Shown here: piece by piece, positions 27,985 to 35,953 of the stretch
Position numbering within the stretch: the first letter of the stretch is position 1
Layout: each line of letters begins with the position of its first letter
Assembly: GCA_964385675.1 (NCBI GenBank)
Contig: CAYLSF010000001.1
Location: forward strand, 53,651-117,650
Direction of reading: 5' to 3'
From: an uncultured Saprospiraceae bacterium
GTDB lineage: Bacteria; Bacteroidota; Bacteroidia; Chitinophagales; Saprospiraceae
Length of the DNA stretch: 64,000 bases
The notes under the pieces: generated by a model
Databases searched by the model: none
Told to the model about the DNA's origin: nothing
What the model saw: the letters and a program-made list of their open reading frames with translations, nothing else
Translations under genes and position numbers: made by a program

Positions 27985-29067
27985 TTACTCTAGGTCTAAG
28001 TTAACCTCTCTTTCTTTGACCTTTAAAGATTCAGTTAATATATCGACACAATTATCCCAGTTATAGTACGATATTACATTTTCATAACCAGGGTTATCTC
28101 TAATGTTATTTCTAAAGCAATATCTCATATGCTCTATAAATTGATCTTTTTGCTCTGTCCCTATATTGGCCCATTCAAATTGACCATAAAACCATTTGCC
28201 ATCTATAGCAGGCGTTAGCTTTTGGATAGGGACTTTCAAGCTATTGTTTGTTTGGCAAATTTCAGCTTGAGCCGAGTAATCTGTCGTAATAACAGGCCTA
28301 TTTGATGCTATAGTTTCTAATATTCCTAGTCCAAATCCTTCTGATCTGGTAGGATATATGCCACAATGACAGCTTTTTATTAACTCGGCCACTTCATGAT
28401 GATACTGTGTTCTAATAAAATGGATCTTGTGTCCTAGTGGTGAATTTTTATACAGCCTCTCCCATGTCTCTTGTTCTTCCTTATGGATGAACGGATTATC
28501 CCATTTTATATATAGTTGAACATCATCTTTTTCAGTAAAAGCATTATTAAATAGCTCAACTAGAATGTCGTGACCTTTGCGTTTTTCTAGTTTACCTGTG
28601 GAAAAGAATTTATAGGTTTCTGAGTCATTAGGTTCGGAAGGCTTAAAGATTTCATCATCTGCTCCCATTGGAAGAACTTCACAAGTAGTATTGCAATGTT
28701 CTTCAACAATATTCTTGGCCCATTTAGAAGCAACATATAAATAATCTAATGAGTTAATATGATTGACAGCTCTTTGATTAAGTTTATTTCCCTCAAAAAA
28801 GGTGAGGGCTGTATTTAAAGTATTGCTAAATCTGGCGGCTAAGTCAAACTCATGCCATATTTTCAAAGAAGGATTTTGCCCGTTATATGTGTCTGCATTT
28901 TTTATTGAAGCGTTCCAAGCATTATTAACAGCAGGCGACTCTATATCGGGATTGCCAATAGGAAACAGACAAACATGGTGCCCTTTTTGGTATAAGGTTT
29001 TTAAGATATTGGTGGCAACGCAGCCATAGCCAGTTTTATTGATTCCCGCGCTTAAATTTATATTCAT
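27985..29067 (-). CDS. Glycosyltransferase, GT-B fold (GT4-like)
   Basis: C-terminal EGFGLGILETIASNRPVITTD, an EX7E-type motif. Confidence 0.75.
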   Translation of the reverse strand: MNINLSAGINKTGYGCVATNILKTLYQKGHHVCLFPIGNPDIESPAVNNAWNASIKNADTYNGQNPSLKIWHEFDLAARFSNTLNTALTFFEGNKLNQRAVNHINSLDYLYVASKWAKNIVEEHCNTTCEVLPMGADDEIFKPSEPNDSETYKFFSTGKLEKRKGHDILVELFNNAFTEKDDVQLYIKWDNPFIHKEEQETWERLYKNSPLGHKIHFIRTQYHHEVAELIKSCHCGIYPTRSEGFGLGILETIASNRPVITTDYSAQAEICQTNNSLKVPIQKLTPAIDGKWFYGQFEWANIGTEQKDQFIEHMRYCFRNNIRDNPGYENVISYYNWDNCVDILTESLKVKEREVNLDLE

Positions 29068-29411
29068 GATACTATAATGGTTTTTATATTATATTGATTT
29101 GCTAGTGTAATCATATTCTTTGTTCCTCTTCCTCCTGGAAAAGCAACTACTAAGTCTGGCTTAGCTATATCTAACATCTGCTTATTCCGAATAGGTCCAG
29201 CAGCCCTTCCAAACTTGCTCCACTGGGCTGGAAAACAAACGCTTTTAACCTCTCTTATTATACTATATTCATGCGCGAGATTATCTGCTCCTGAAGCTCC
29301 GCCATGTATAATATAAGAAAAATTTTGTTCTTCTTGCTGTAAAGCGTCTAGCTTAGAAAAGACAGCATTTTTATCATCATAATCCCTTCCTCCACATACT
29401 AAAATCTTCAT
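29064..29411 (-). CDS. DUF2493 / YspA-like SLOG-family protein
   Basis: MKILVCGGRDYDD..IIHGGASGADNLAHEY..GPIRNKQML..VVAFPGGRGTKNM matches the DUF2493 SLOG pattern. Confidence 0.7.
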   Translation of the reverse strand: MKILVCGGRDYDDKNAVFSKLDALQQEEQNFSYIIHGGASGADNLAHEYSIIREVKSVCFPAQWSKFGRAAGPIRNKQMLDIAKPDLVVAFPGGRGTKNMITLANQYNIKTIIVS

Positions 29412-30127
29412 TTATAATACTTAATCCCAAAGTTACCTTCTAAGTCCTCTACTATTGCAGAACAATTTTCTACCCAGTCTCCCGTATTAAAGTATTCTAT
29501 GTCTTCTATCTTGGTCATTTTTGGGAAGTGAATATGTCCTGTGATTATAGTTGTACATCCTTTATTTCTAGCGTGCTCAGCGGCGCGATCTTCGTATTTC
29601 GTTATATACGACATACATTGCTTTGTTTTATACTTTATTTCTTTTGCTAGATTTTCTTTTAATGACCATCTGTCAAACCAAGAACTTATCATTTGGACAG
29701 TTGGATAAAGTCTTGCTCCTATCTTATATAAGAGCCTAGATATCTTAACATGAGATTCTAATTTATCCCCATGCATCATAAGGATTTTTCTATCGCCTCT
29801 ATCTAAGATAATTTCGTCTAAAACCTCAATTTGATTAATAGAAAGACCATCATATGATCTCATAAAAGAATCGTGGTTGCCGGGACAATAAAAGATTTTT
29901 ACTTTGTTTTTATCATTGAGAATATGATTCATAAACATAGTATAGCAACTAGTCCACTTGCGCCTTCTTTTTAGCTGGTCGCAATCAAAAATATCTCCTA
30001 ACAAATAGAGTTCTTCATATTCATATCTAGAAAGAAAATCTAGTAGTGATCTACACTGAGAATATTGAGATCCCAAATGCAGGTCTGAGATATACAAAGC
30101 TTTAACTTTGTGTCTGTATACTACCAT
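29408..30127 (-). CDS. Calcineurin-like metallophosphoesterase, LpxH-like
   Basis: ISDLHLG, LLGDIFD, PGNHD, MHGD and GHIH motifs appear in the canonical order. Confidence 0.7.
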   Translation of the reverse strand: MVVYRHKVKALYISDLHLGSQYSQCRSLLDFLSRYEYEELYLLGDIFDCDQLKRRRKWTSCYTMFMNHILNDKNKVKIFYCPGNHDSFMRSYDGLSINQIEVLDEIILDRGDRKILMMHGDKLESHVKISRLLYKIGARLYPTVQMISSWFDRWSLKENLAKEIKYKTKQCMSYITKYEDRAAEHARNKGCTTIITGHIHFPKMTKIEDIEYFNTGDWVENCSAIVEDLEGNFGIKYYK

Positions 30128-30461
30128 TGTTACTCTCTAAACTTTTGAGACGTTTTTCTAATCTATCCAACTCGTCCTGATTGCGTTCTATTGGATTCTT
30201 AAGAAAAGTGTTATAAAGCTCTATAAAAGATTGATTGGTTTGTTTTTGTCTTTCGACAGCTATTTCTTTTTTATTAGGAAGATTTTCAAGAATGTCTTCC
30301 AACTCCTCGTGAGTAACGAATTCTTCATCTAAATGAGGAGTTATATATGTAGATATCTCTGGGCCAAATAAGCCTAGAAAGATACCTATTAAGACGATAA
30401 AGCCATCTCTAGACGAAACTTTTTTGTTTTGAGAACCGTTTTCATTAATAATTTCAGACAT
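30102..30461 (-). CDS. Membrane protein with coiled-coil tail
   Basis: TM segment FIVLIGIFLGLFG followed by a charged helical region. Confidence 0.5.
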   Translation of the reverse strand: MSEIINENGSQNKKVSSRDGFIVLIGIFLGLFGPEISTYITPHLDEEFVTHEELEDILENLPNKKEIAVERQKQTNQSFIELYNTFLKNPIERNQDELDRLEKRLKSLESNNGSIQTQS

Positions 30462-31438
30462 TAATAACGAACCGAAAACTGAGCTGATTTTTGAAATTGT
30501 TTTATGCTCCTGGCCCCAAAATAACTCATGGAACTACGAAGCCCTTCGCCGTATTGTCTCACCAATTCTTTTATTTTTAGTCCATTACAAGTTAATTCTC
30601 TGGTAGTTCCTTCAACGTACTTAGGTTCTTCTCTGTAAATAGACTGTATTTTTGATGATGCTGAACCGCTATATATCTTATACACCTGACCGTTGTGGTC
30701 AGTTCTGGTTTTAGCAGGACTATCTACACATGCTGCTATGATAGACCCAGCCATAGTTATGTTAGCGCCCAAAGCCAAAGCTTTGCACATATCTTGGGGT
30801 TCTCGGATGCCTCCATCAGCTATTACTTTGGCTTTTTTACTTAAGCACTTATAGTGCCTTCCTTTTGACATTTCTGCTAAAGTTGAAGCCATAGGAGAGC
30901 AACATCCCGTTGCATTTTTAGTAGTACATCCTGCGCCAAAAGCAATGCCCACCCTAACGGCAACTACATTTTTCATTTCTGCTAAAAATTTATACCCTTT
31001 ATAGGATGCGACATTCCCAGCGATTATTTGGGTATCGGGTAAATCAAGCTGAGATATAAATTTTCCTACTCGCTCTGACGCCCCATTAGCAACGTCTACA
31101 CAAAATATTCTACAGCCATTATCATAAAGCTGATTGTATCTTTTCTGCTCTTCTTTTGAAATGCCTATAGCACACGCCACATCAGGAGGAGATTGGAGAT
31201 AAGATTTGGTTTGTTCGTCTATACTAGAAAATCTATGCAATATAGAGTAGCCGCCCGCTTCATATATTTTTTTAGCTACCTCTGAGTCTACAACATCAAC
31301 CATCGGAGGAGCTATAAGAGGAATATCAATTCTAATATCGCCTATTTTAGCGCTAATATCTATATCATCTCTAGAATCAATATTAGAAATGGTATCTGGG
31401 ATTAAGTCTATGTTAGAATAATCTAATGATTGTAGCAT
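30461..31438 (-). CDS. IMPDH/GMP reductase-family oxidoreductase (GMP reductase-like, no CBS insert)
   Basis: Catalytic-loop-like VGIAFGAGCTTK, ADGGIR and GSASS. The 325-aa length is close to GuaC. Confidence 0.65.
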   Translation of the reverse strand: MLQSLDYSNIDLIPDTISNIDSRDDIDISAKIGDIRIDIPLIAPPMVDVVDSEVAKKIYEAGGYSILHRFSSIDEQTKSYLQSPPDVACAIGISKEEQKRYNQLYDNGCRIFCVDVANGASERVGKFISQLDLPDTQIIAGNVASYKGYKFLAEMKNVVAVRVGIAFGAGCTTKNATGCCSPMASTLAEMSKGRHYKCLSKKAKVIADGGIREPQDMCKALALGANITMAGSIIAACVDSPAKTRTDHNGQVYKIYSGSASSKIQSIYREEPKYVEGTTRELTCNGLKIKELVRQYGEGLRSSMSYFGARSIKQFQKSAQFSVRY

Positions 31439-31445
31439 TCTTATT

Positions 31446-31691
31446 TTAGCCCTTTTTAATTATTTGGTAGTTATCTCTATGTTTTTTGAAATGCTGGAGC
31501 CAAGCTATGTTAGAGCTTAGTTTATTTTCTGTCGACTTTTGAAAGTATACAATTAGGTCTTGGGTATGATATGCAAGGTAAGCGTTTTTATCTGCAACTA
31601 TACGAAAATAATTGTCTTCTTTGTCCAAAATCTTTAAGAATAAAAAGAGCTGTAACTTGTCTTGATAAAAGATTGTTTTGCTATGATACAT
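31446..31691 (-). CDS. Hypothetical protein
   Basis: 81-aa ORF in the gene-strand series. Confidence 0.45.
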   Translation of the reverse strand: MYHSKTIFYQDKLQLFLFLKILDKEDNYFRIVADKNAYLAYHTQDLIVYFQKSTENKLSSNIAWLQHFKKHRDNYQIIKKG

Positions 31692-31692
31692 A

Positions 31693-31971
31693 CTATTGAG
31701 AGTCGTTATTAAATACTTTTCTTGTAGCTAGAATGACCATAATTTCATGACTATTAGCTTCTGAAGAGACTAGAGCGTTATAAAATTCTAGATCTGATAT
31801 AGTTGTAAAACTCTTAAAATCAAATTGATTTCCTTCTCTCCTAGACTCAAGCTCACTAGCCACTCCCTGTTCTAGGGCTCTTTGTCTAGCATTTCTACCA
31901 GTAAAGCAAGCTCCGTTGCTTCCCCATTTAAATCCTTTTCTACCATTATTGGAGCAGCTTCTAAGAGACAT
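31693..31971 (-). CDS. Hypothetical protein
   Basis: 92-aa ORF immediately downstream of a sigma-70-like promoter. Confidence 0.5.
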   Translation of the reverse strand: MSLRSCSNNGRKGFKWGSNGACFTGRNARQRALEQGVASELESRREGNQFDFKSFTTISDLEFYNALVSSEANSHEIMVILATRKVFNNDSQ

Positions 31972-32025
31972 AATATCTTACCTTTTAACCTACGATTGTT
32001 TGAGAAACACTATCTTTCTATTAGT

Positions 32026-32054
32026 ATAGTACACTCGTGACCCCTGTTTGTCAA
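32026..32054 (-). promoter_or_regulatory. Sigma-70-like promoter TTGACA-N17-TACTAT
   Basis: Minus strand: perfect -35 TTGACA at 32054..32049, a 17-nt spacer, and TACTAT at 32031..32026. It lies in the gap upstream of 31693..31971. Confidence 0.4.
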
Positions 32055-32058
32055 GTAC

Positions 32059-32358
32059 TTATTGGTAAGATTCCATTATATTTGCCGCTAGAAGCTCTGT
32101 GGTCACTTCTAAGCCCTTGTCTTGAAGCTTACGATGGATGGGAAAGGTTTCGTCGATGTCTATTATAAGGCATCTGTGAGGCCCGTAAGCAGCTCTATAT
32201 TTCTTTGACTTTAATCTAATCTCGTCAGAGTTCCGGCAATATGGTATAACTAGGACAACTTGCTTGAAACTGTCGAGGTTTAAGATCCTAGGGTCTTCTG
32301 ATATATTCTGAAAAAAAATCTCTGCCTGTTCTTCAGGATTACAAGTAAACTTTTTCAT
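32059..32358 (-). CDS. Hypothetical protein
   Basis: 99-aa ORF with AAGGGA upstream of the ATG. GTATAATA motif at 32405..32398. Confidence 0.5.
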   Translation of the reverse strand: MKKFTCNPEEQAEIFFQNISEDPRILNLDSFKQVVLVIPYCRNSDEIRLKSKKYRAAYGPHRCLIIDIDETFPIHRKLQDKGLEVTTELLAANIMESYQ

Positions 32359-32405
32359 TCTTTTGTCCCTTTATAACCAAAACTTTGTTGCATTATATAT
32401 TATAC

Positions 32406-32801
32406 CTATTTCTTGATGCTCATATCTGACAAAATTTCATCGCTAAACTTTAAAAAAGTCTTGTAGGAAATCCACGCTGCTTTATATGGGTTTGTTGCCA
32501 ATATACTTTGCTTTAATCTTTCTTTACCAAATCTAATGAAGCCTTCTCCATTCAATTTAGACATTCTATATATGTAGAATATATTTGATGAGTCATAAGT
32601 CCCACATTTTGACATTATGGTTTTTTGGGCTTGCTCTGTATAATTTTTGTCTAAAACATACATCCACTTAATTTGGTTTAAATTTTTACATATAACATAA
32701 TATTCTTGATATATATGTTTTTTCTGTTTTATTGGGAAAACGATATCATTGTCAGATGGAATTAGCCACGCGGGGTTCCTATTAATGCTGTAAGAAGACA
32801 A
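32406..32801 (-). CDS. Hypothetical protein
   Basis: 131-aa ORF in the gene-strand series. Confidence 0.5.
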   Translation of the reverse strand: MSSYSINRNPAWLIPSDNDIVFPIKQKKHIYQEYYVICKNLNQIKWMYVLDKNYTEQAQKTIMSKCGTYDSSNIFYIYRMSKLNGEGFIRFGKERLKQSILATNPYKAAWISYKTFLKFSDEILSDMSIKK

Positions 32802-33486
32802 TAGAGCCTTTCCCTTTTATGCAATAACCACAATCTGAGCAAGACTTTTTAGTACCTAGTTGCTCCCAGCAAACAGGCGTCTTACCACTATAAGTACTCT
32901 CTATTTTACTATCGGAACTACCCTTTTTTTGTTGAGAATTGAAAGCAAATAAGCTAAATCCTAGACTTTTGAACTTTTTATATTGATCTTCAGTATCAGA
33001 ACTAGCATAAACTTTAACTCCATATTTCTCTAACTTTAGAATATCTTTATTAGGGACATGCGTATATAGCCATATTGGCGGAATTTTATCTTTGTCTAAA
33101 GACTCTAAAGCTTTAATAACGGCATTTAAATACTTTTTATCTAAGACTTTGGCACCAGACTTTGTAGTCATTAACCAATCGCCAGAAACATGCCATCTAA
33201 TTGGCGCATTTTTTTTCTGGGCGGCTAATAATAAGCTGCGATATTTTTGCCAATCTTTAATTTCAGTATTTTTGGACCACGCTTTTAAGGCTGTTGGATA
33301 AATTCTTTGTATCTTTTGGGCGTAGCATTTTCCACCATTAGTGTCTAAATGTTGACAAGAATTTGGGCACGTTTCCCCAGCGATTCTAGATATGGAAAAT
33401 ACTTTGCCTAGCTTAATATTGGTATTATATCCATAGGATAGATTCAATTGATTATCTTCCGTTTTTGCAGGTCTAATTTTTACCAT
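32782..33486 (-). CDS. Hypothetical protein with two Cys clusters
   Basis: GETCPNSCQH..KCYAQK near the N-terminus and CWEQ..CSDCGYC near the C-terminus suggest a metal or Fe-S site. Function not recognised. Confidence 0.5.
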   Translation of the reverse strand: MVKIRPAKTEDNQLNLSYGYNTNIKLGKVFSISRIAGETCPNSCQHLDTNGGKCYAQKIQRIYPTALKAWSKNTEIKDWQKYRSLLLAAQKKNAPIRWHVSGDWLMTTKSGAKVLDKKYLNAVIKALESLDKDKIPPIWLYTHVPNKDILKLEKYGVKVYASSDTEDQYKKFKSLGFSLFAFNSQQKKGSSDSKIESTYSGKTPVCWEQLGTKKSCSDCGYCIKGKGSIVFLQH

Positions 33487-33488
33487 AG

Positions 33489-33496
33489 TGTATAAT
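33489..33496 (+). promoter_or_regulatory. TGTATAAT -10-like element for the only plus-strand gene
   Basis: Plus-strand TGTATAAT lies 35 nt upstream of the ATG at 33531, in the divergent gap. Confidence 0.35.
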
Positions 33497-33530
33497 CCTA
33501 TGTTATTATATGGTTTAAGTGGAGCAGAAA

Positions 33531-33869
33531 ATGTCCAAAATTTTATTTTATCGTGGTGACTCTCTTCCTATAACTATTACTTTGTGGTCTAACCCTAATA
33601 GTGCGGATGTATTTAGTATTGATGGATTTACCTTCGAAATGACTGTAAATACTAATAGAGACCCTATAGATAATACAAATAAGCAATTTGCCGTTGTCGG
33701 CAACGTAACTAATTCAAGTACTGGCACCGTAGTATTTACGCCAACATCTAGTCAAACAGATATTCCTGCTGGGGAGTACTGGTATGATATTAGTATGTAT
33801 AATGAGTCTGAGTCTAGAACTTTAAGAAAAGATGTATTTATTGTTCAGCAAGACATTACTAAAGCTTAG
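33531..33869 (+). CDS. Ig-like/BppU-N-like beta-sandwich protein (possible virion decoration or receptor-binding accessory)
   Basis: Pattern FYRGDSLPITITL..DGFTFEMTV..GTVVFTPTSSQT..AGEYWYDI. I prefer the ATG at 33531 (GGAG 7 nt upstream) to the track's GTG at 33519. Confidence 0.5.
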   Translation: MSKILFYRGDSLPITITLWSNPNSADVFSIDGFTFEMTVNTNRDPIDNTNKQFAVVGNVTNSSTGTVVFTPTSSQTDIPAGEYWYDISMYNESESRTLRKDVFIVQQDITKA

Positions 33870-34254
33870 AATTTGCAGTATAAGTAACGTTGGACATAAA
33901 TAGGCTGATATTATCCCGTATTTCCAATAGACTATTATCACTGCACCCGTCTACATCTTCATAGTCATAAGCCCGATTGGATTTAAGATCATAGACCGCT
34001 GGGTGTTTAGGTATATATACGGCTATTTCATCGTCAACCTTAAAAAGGGCAAGGTATACAGGGAATTCCCAGTCGCCGCCAGCTTGTACCCCAAACCATT
34101 CATATCCTTTATAATGTTGGAGCCCTAAAAGACTTTTATAGGGTAAAAAATCGCTTGCTTCGGTATCATAGTTTTCCCAATCAAAATTTACATGAAAATT
34201 TGTTTCGTGTCTTTGATTGTTAATCCAATCCAATACTTCTGTCTCTGTAATCAT
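33859..34254 (-). CDS. Hypothetical protein
   Basis: 131-aa ORF whose 3' end converges on and overlaps the plus-strand gene by 11 nt. Confidence 0.5.
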   Translation of the reverse strand: MITETEVLDWINNQRHETNFHVNFDWENYDTEASDFLPYKSLLGLQHYKGYEWFGVQAGGDWEFPVYLALFKVDDEIAVYIPKHPAVYDLKSNRAYDYEDVDGCSDNSLLEIRDNISLFMSNVTYTANSKL

Positions 34255-34268
34255 ATAAACTTTCTTTT

Positions 34269-34772
34269 TTAGCGCTGTGTAGATTTATGCTCAATATCCA
34301 TATAGCTATCTGGTTTAATACAAATAGTTATATTGTGAAAAGCTAACATTCCAGATTCATGTAGAGCAAATAACAAATCATTGTCTTGTAATCCTCCTCT
34401 TCCACATCCAATCCAAGGCATTATCACTCTTTTGTTTTCACCAAGGTCACGAGATATTTTTTCTAAGCCAAGCTGGATTGCTATTTTATTAGCATAAACT
34501 TTTTTGTCGTATCCATAGTTATATTGTGAATATAGATTATATATTTTAAATCCTAGTGGATTAGGTAGGATTGCAGACGTATAAGTACCTAGTTTATTAT
34601 AGCTGCCTTTTTTTGTTTTCCTGTCTGCTTCTTCTACTTCTGGAAATGCATCTTTTATAGACTTGGCAACGCCAGAGTTCATTGTATTAAAACAATTGCA
34701 GCCATGTATAGCCGCGTCATAATTTTCTGTTTTAATTTCTTGAACAATATTTGCTGATTTTTCAATCCACAT
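34269..34772 (-). CDS. Macro-domain (ADP-ribose-binding/hydrolase) protein
   Basis: AAIHGCNCFNTMNSGVAKSIKDAFPE and IGCGRGGL resemble the HxxNC..MGxGIA and G-rich loops of small macro domains. Confidence 0.55.
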   Translation of the reverse strand: MWIEKSANIVQEIKTENYDAAIHGCNCFNTMNSGVAKSIKDAFPEVEEADRKTKKGSYNKLGTYTSAILPNPLGFKIYNLYSQYNYGYDKKVYANKIAIQLGLEKISRDLGENKRVIMPWIGCGRGGLQDNDLLFALHESGMLAFHNITICIKPDSYMDIEHKSTQR

Positions 34773-34794
34773 TTTACATTCTTAATAAGTTTGC

Positions 34795-34998
34795 TTATCT
34801 GCTAAATAAATAGGCCACAAATAACACAATAGAAAAGATAAGTAATACTGGCCATAATAAGCCTATAACAATAGAAGTGAATATACATCTATAATAATCG
34901 ACGAAATATAAATCTCGACTTTTAGTGTCAAGATATGGGTCCATATTCAATAACATTACTATAGTTGTAATGATAAATATACAGATATAAATTATCAT
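34795..34998 (-). CDS. Small membrane protein (two TM segments)
   Basis: A 67-aa ORF that is almost entirely hydrophobic. Confidence 0.5.
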   Translation of the reverse strand: MIIYICIFIITTIVMLLNMDPYLDTKSRDLYFVDYYRCIFTSIVIGLLWPVLLIFSIVLFVAYLFSR

Positions 34999-35044
34999 GC
35001 AAACCTTTTATTAAAAATACTAAGCTCTAATTTTAGACTTACTA

Positions 35045-35221
35045 TTATTTGGCTTCATCTTTATTTTCGTATGCTTCTTTTCCTAGGTAGGCCTTATATG
35101 TTTGATCGTCTAAGTCAAATGGACATCCGTGCTTTAATGCATATCGTAGTCTTCTTCTTAACTTGCCGCTATTCAAAATACGCAGCAATTTATTTGATCG
35201 AAAAAGTTTTTTACGCTTCAT
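35045..35221 (-). CDS. Small basic ORF (58 aa)
   Basis: Below the track cutoff. ATG at 35221 overlaps the upstream stop. Translation MKRKKLFRSNKLLRILNSGKLRRRLRYALKHGCPFDLDDQTYKAYLGKEAYENKDEAK, with TAA at 35045. Confidence 0.35.
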   Translation of the reverse strand: MKRKKLFRSNKLLRILNSGKLRRRLRYALKHGCPFDLDDQTYKAYLGKEAYENKDEAK

Positions 35222-35498
35222 GATTTTTCACCAGCTGTTTAAATTTTTGACAAATAGAAATAATATTGTCTATGTTTTTTTCATCTACAATCAGCGTATC
35301 AGTATACTCATTTCTAGTTTTTAGTCCAACTATATATCTATATGCTATTTTGATTCTTTGCCATAGGCTGTGGTATGAGTCTAATGTGGCATAAATTTGT
35401 AACTCCGGCTGATTGTCAAATACGTCTAGATCAAATCTAATACTATGTGTATGATCCGAACATGAACAATCAACTATAACTATGGACTTATCGCACAT
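35211..35498 (-). CDS. Hypothetical protein
   Basis: 95-aa ORF whose C-terminal 17 codons are duplicated at 35849..35900. Confidence 0.5.
   Translation of the reverse strand: MCDKSIVIVDCSCSDHTHSIRFDLDVFDNQPELQIYATLDSYHSLWQRIKIAYRYIVGLKTRNEYTDTLIVDEKNIDNIISICQKFKQLVKNHEA
35237..35288. repeat. 52-nt dispersed repeat, copy A
   Basis: By hand alignment, 45 of 52 positions are identical to 35849..35900. Confidence 0.7.
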
Positions 35499-35530
35499 TA
35501 TTTTTATCCTTATGTTTGTGTATAAGAAGT

Positions 35531-35601
35531 ACGCTAGCCCCGAATCGCACGGAGAACTATTGGTTGGAAGCCAATTATTTTTCTAGTTAAACTACTAGCG
35601 C
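35531..35601 (-). tRNA. tRNA-Gly(UCC)-like gene with non-canonical T-loop
   Basis: Hand-folded 71-nt cloverleaf in an ORF-free, locally GC-rich gap. The acceptor stem is 7 bp with G1-U72 and the D stem is 4 bp. The anticodon stem ATTGG/CCAAT has loop CU-UCC-AA, and the T stem is CTCCG/CGGGG. T-loop is UGCGAUU (G55) and the D-loop lacks GG. No CCA is encoded. Confidence 0.55.
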
Positions 35602-35650
35602 ATTTAAAAACAATACTGGAGGGCCAAAAGACCCATTGTTAAATATGATA

Positions 35651-35839
35651 TCATATAGGCTTAGTCCTTTCTTCGTTGATTTTATCAGATCCATACCACC
35701 AAATATGCCTGAGAGGATAGTTTCTTCTAGTACCATCTTGAAAAACTACGCCTAAAGTTTCTGATTCCGGCATAAAAGCTTCTACATTCTTAAGTATTAG
35801 CTTATTAGATGAGTCTCTAGGAGAGATTGTTAGATTCAT
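35651..35839 (-). CDS. Hypothetical protein
   Basis: 62-aa ORF. Confidence 0.45.
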   Translation of the reverse strand: MNLTISPRDSSNKLILKNVEAFMPESETLGVVFQDGTRRNYPLRHIWWYGSDKINEERTKPI

Positions 35840-35933
35840 TGTGTAGCTCCTTAAATCTTTGATAAATAGAAATAATGTTGTTTATGTCTTTTTCATCTAC
35901 TTTTGCAGTTTTGTAGTCTTTTTTACGAAACAT
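35817..35933 (-). CDS. Small ORF (38 aa), truncated paralog of the C-terminus of 35211..35498
   Basis: AGGAAA 7 nt before the ATG at 35933. Compare ..KVDEKDINNIISIYQRFKEL.. with ..IVDEKNIDNIISICQKFKQL.. Confidence 0.3.
   Translation of the reverse strand: MFRKKDYKTAKVDEKDINNIISIYQRFKELHNESNNLS
35849..35900. repeat. 52-nt dispersed repeat, copy B
   Basis: See copy A at 35237..35288. Confidence 0.7.
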
Positions 35934-35953
35934 ATATTTTTCCTAATTGAGTC

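Noticed and set aside
35602-35640. Hairpin GGGUC-UUUU-GGCCC (35634..35621) after 35651..35839, considered as an intrinsic terminator.
   Set aside because: The stem is only 5 bp including a G-U pair, and the U-run starts about 10 nt after the stem. It may simply be part of the tRNA precursor leader, so it is not listed as a feature.
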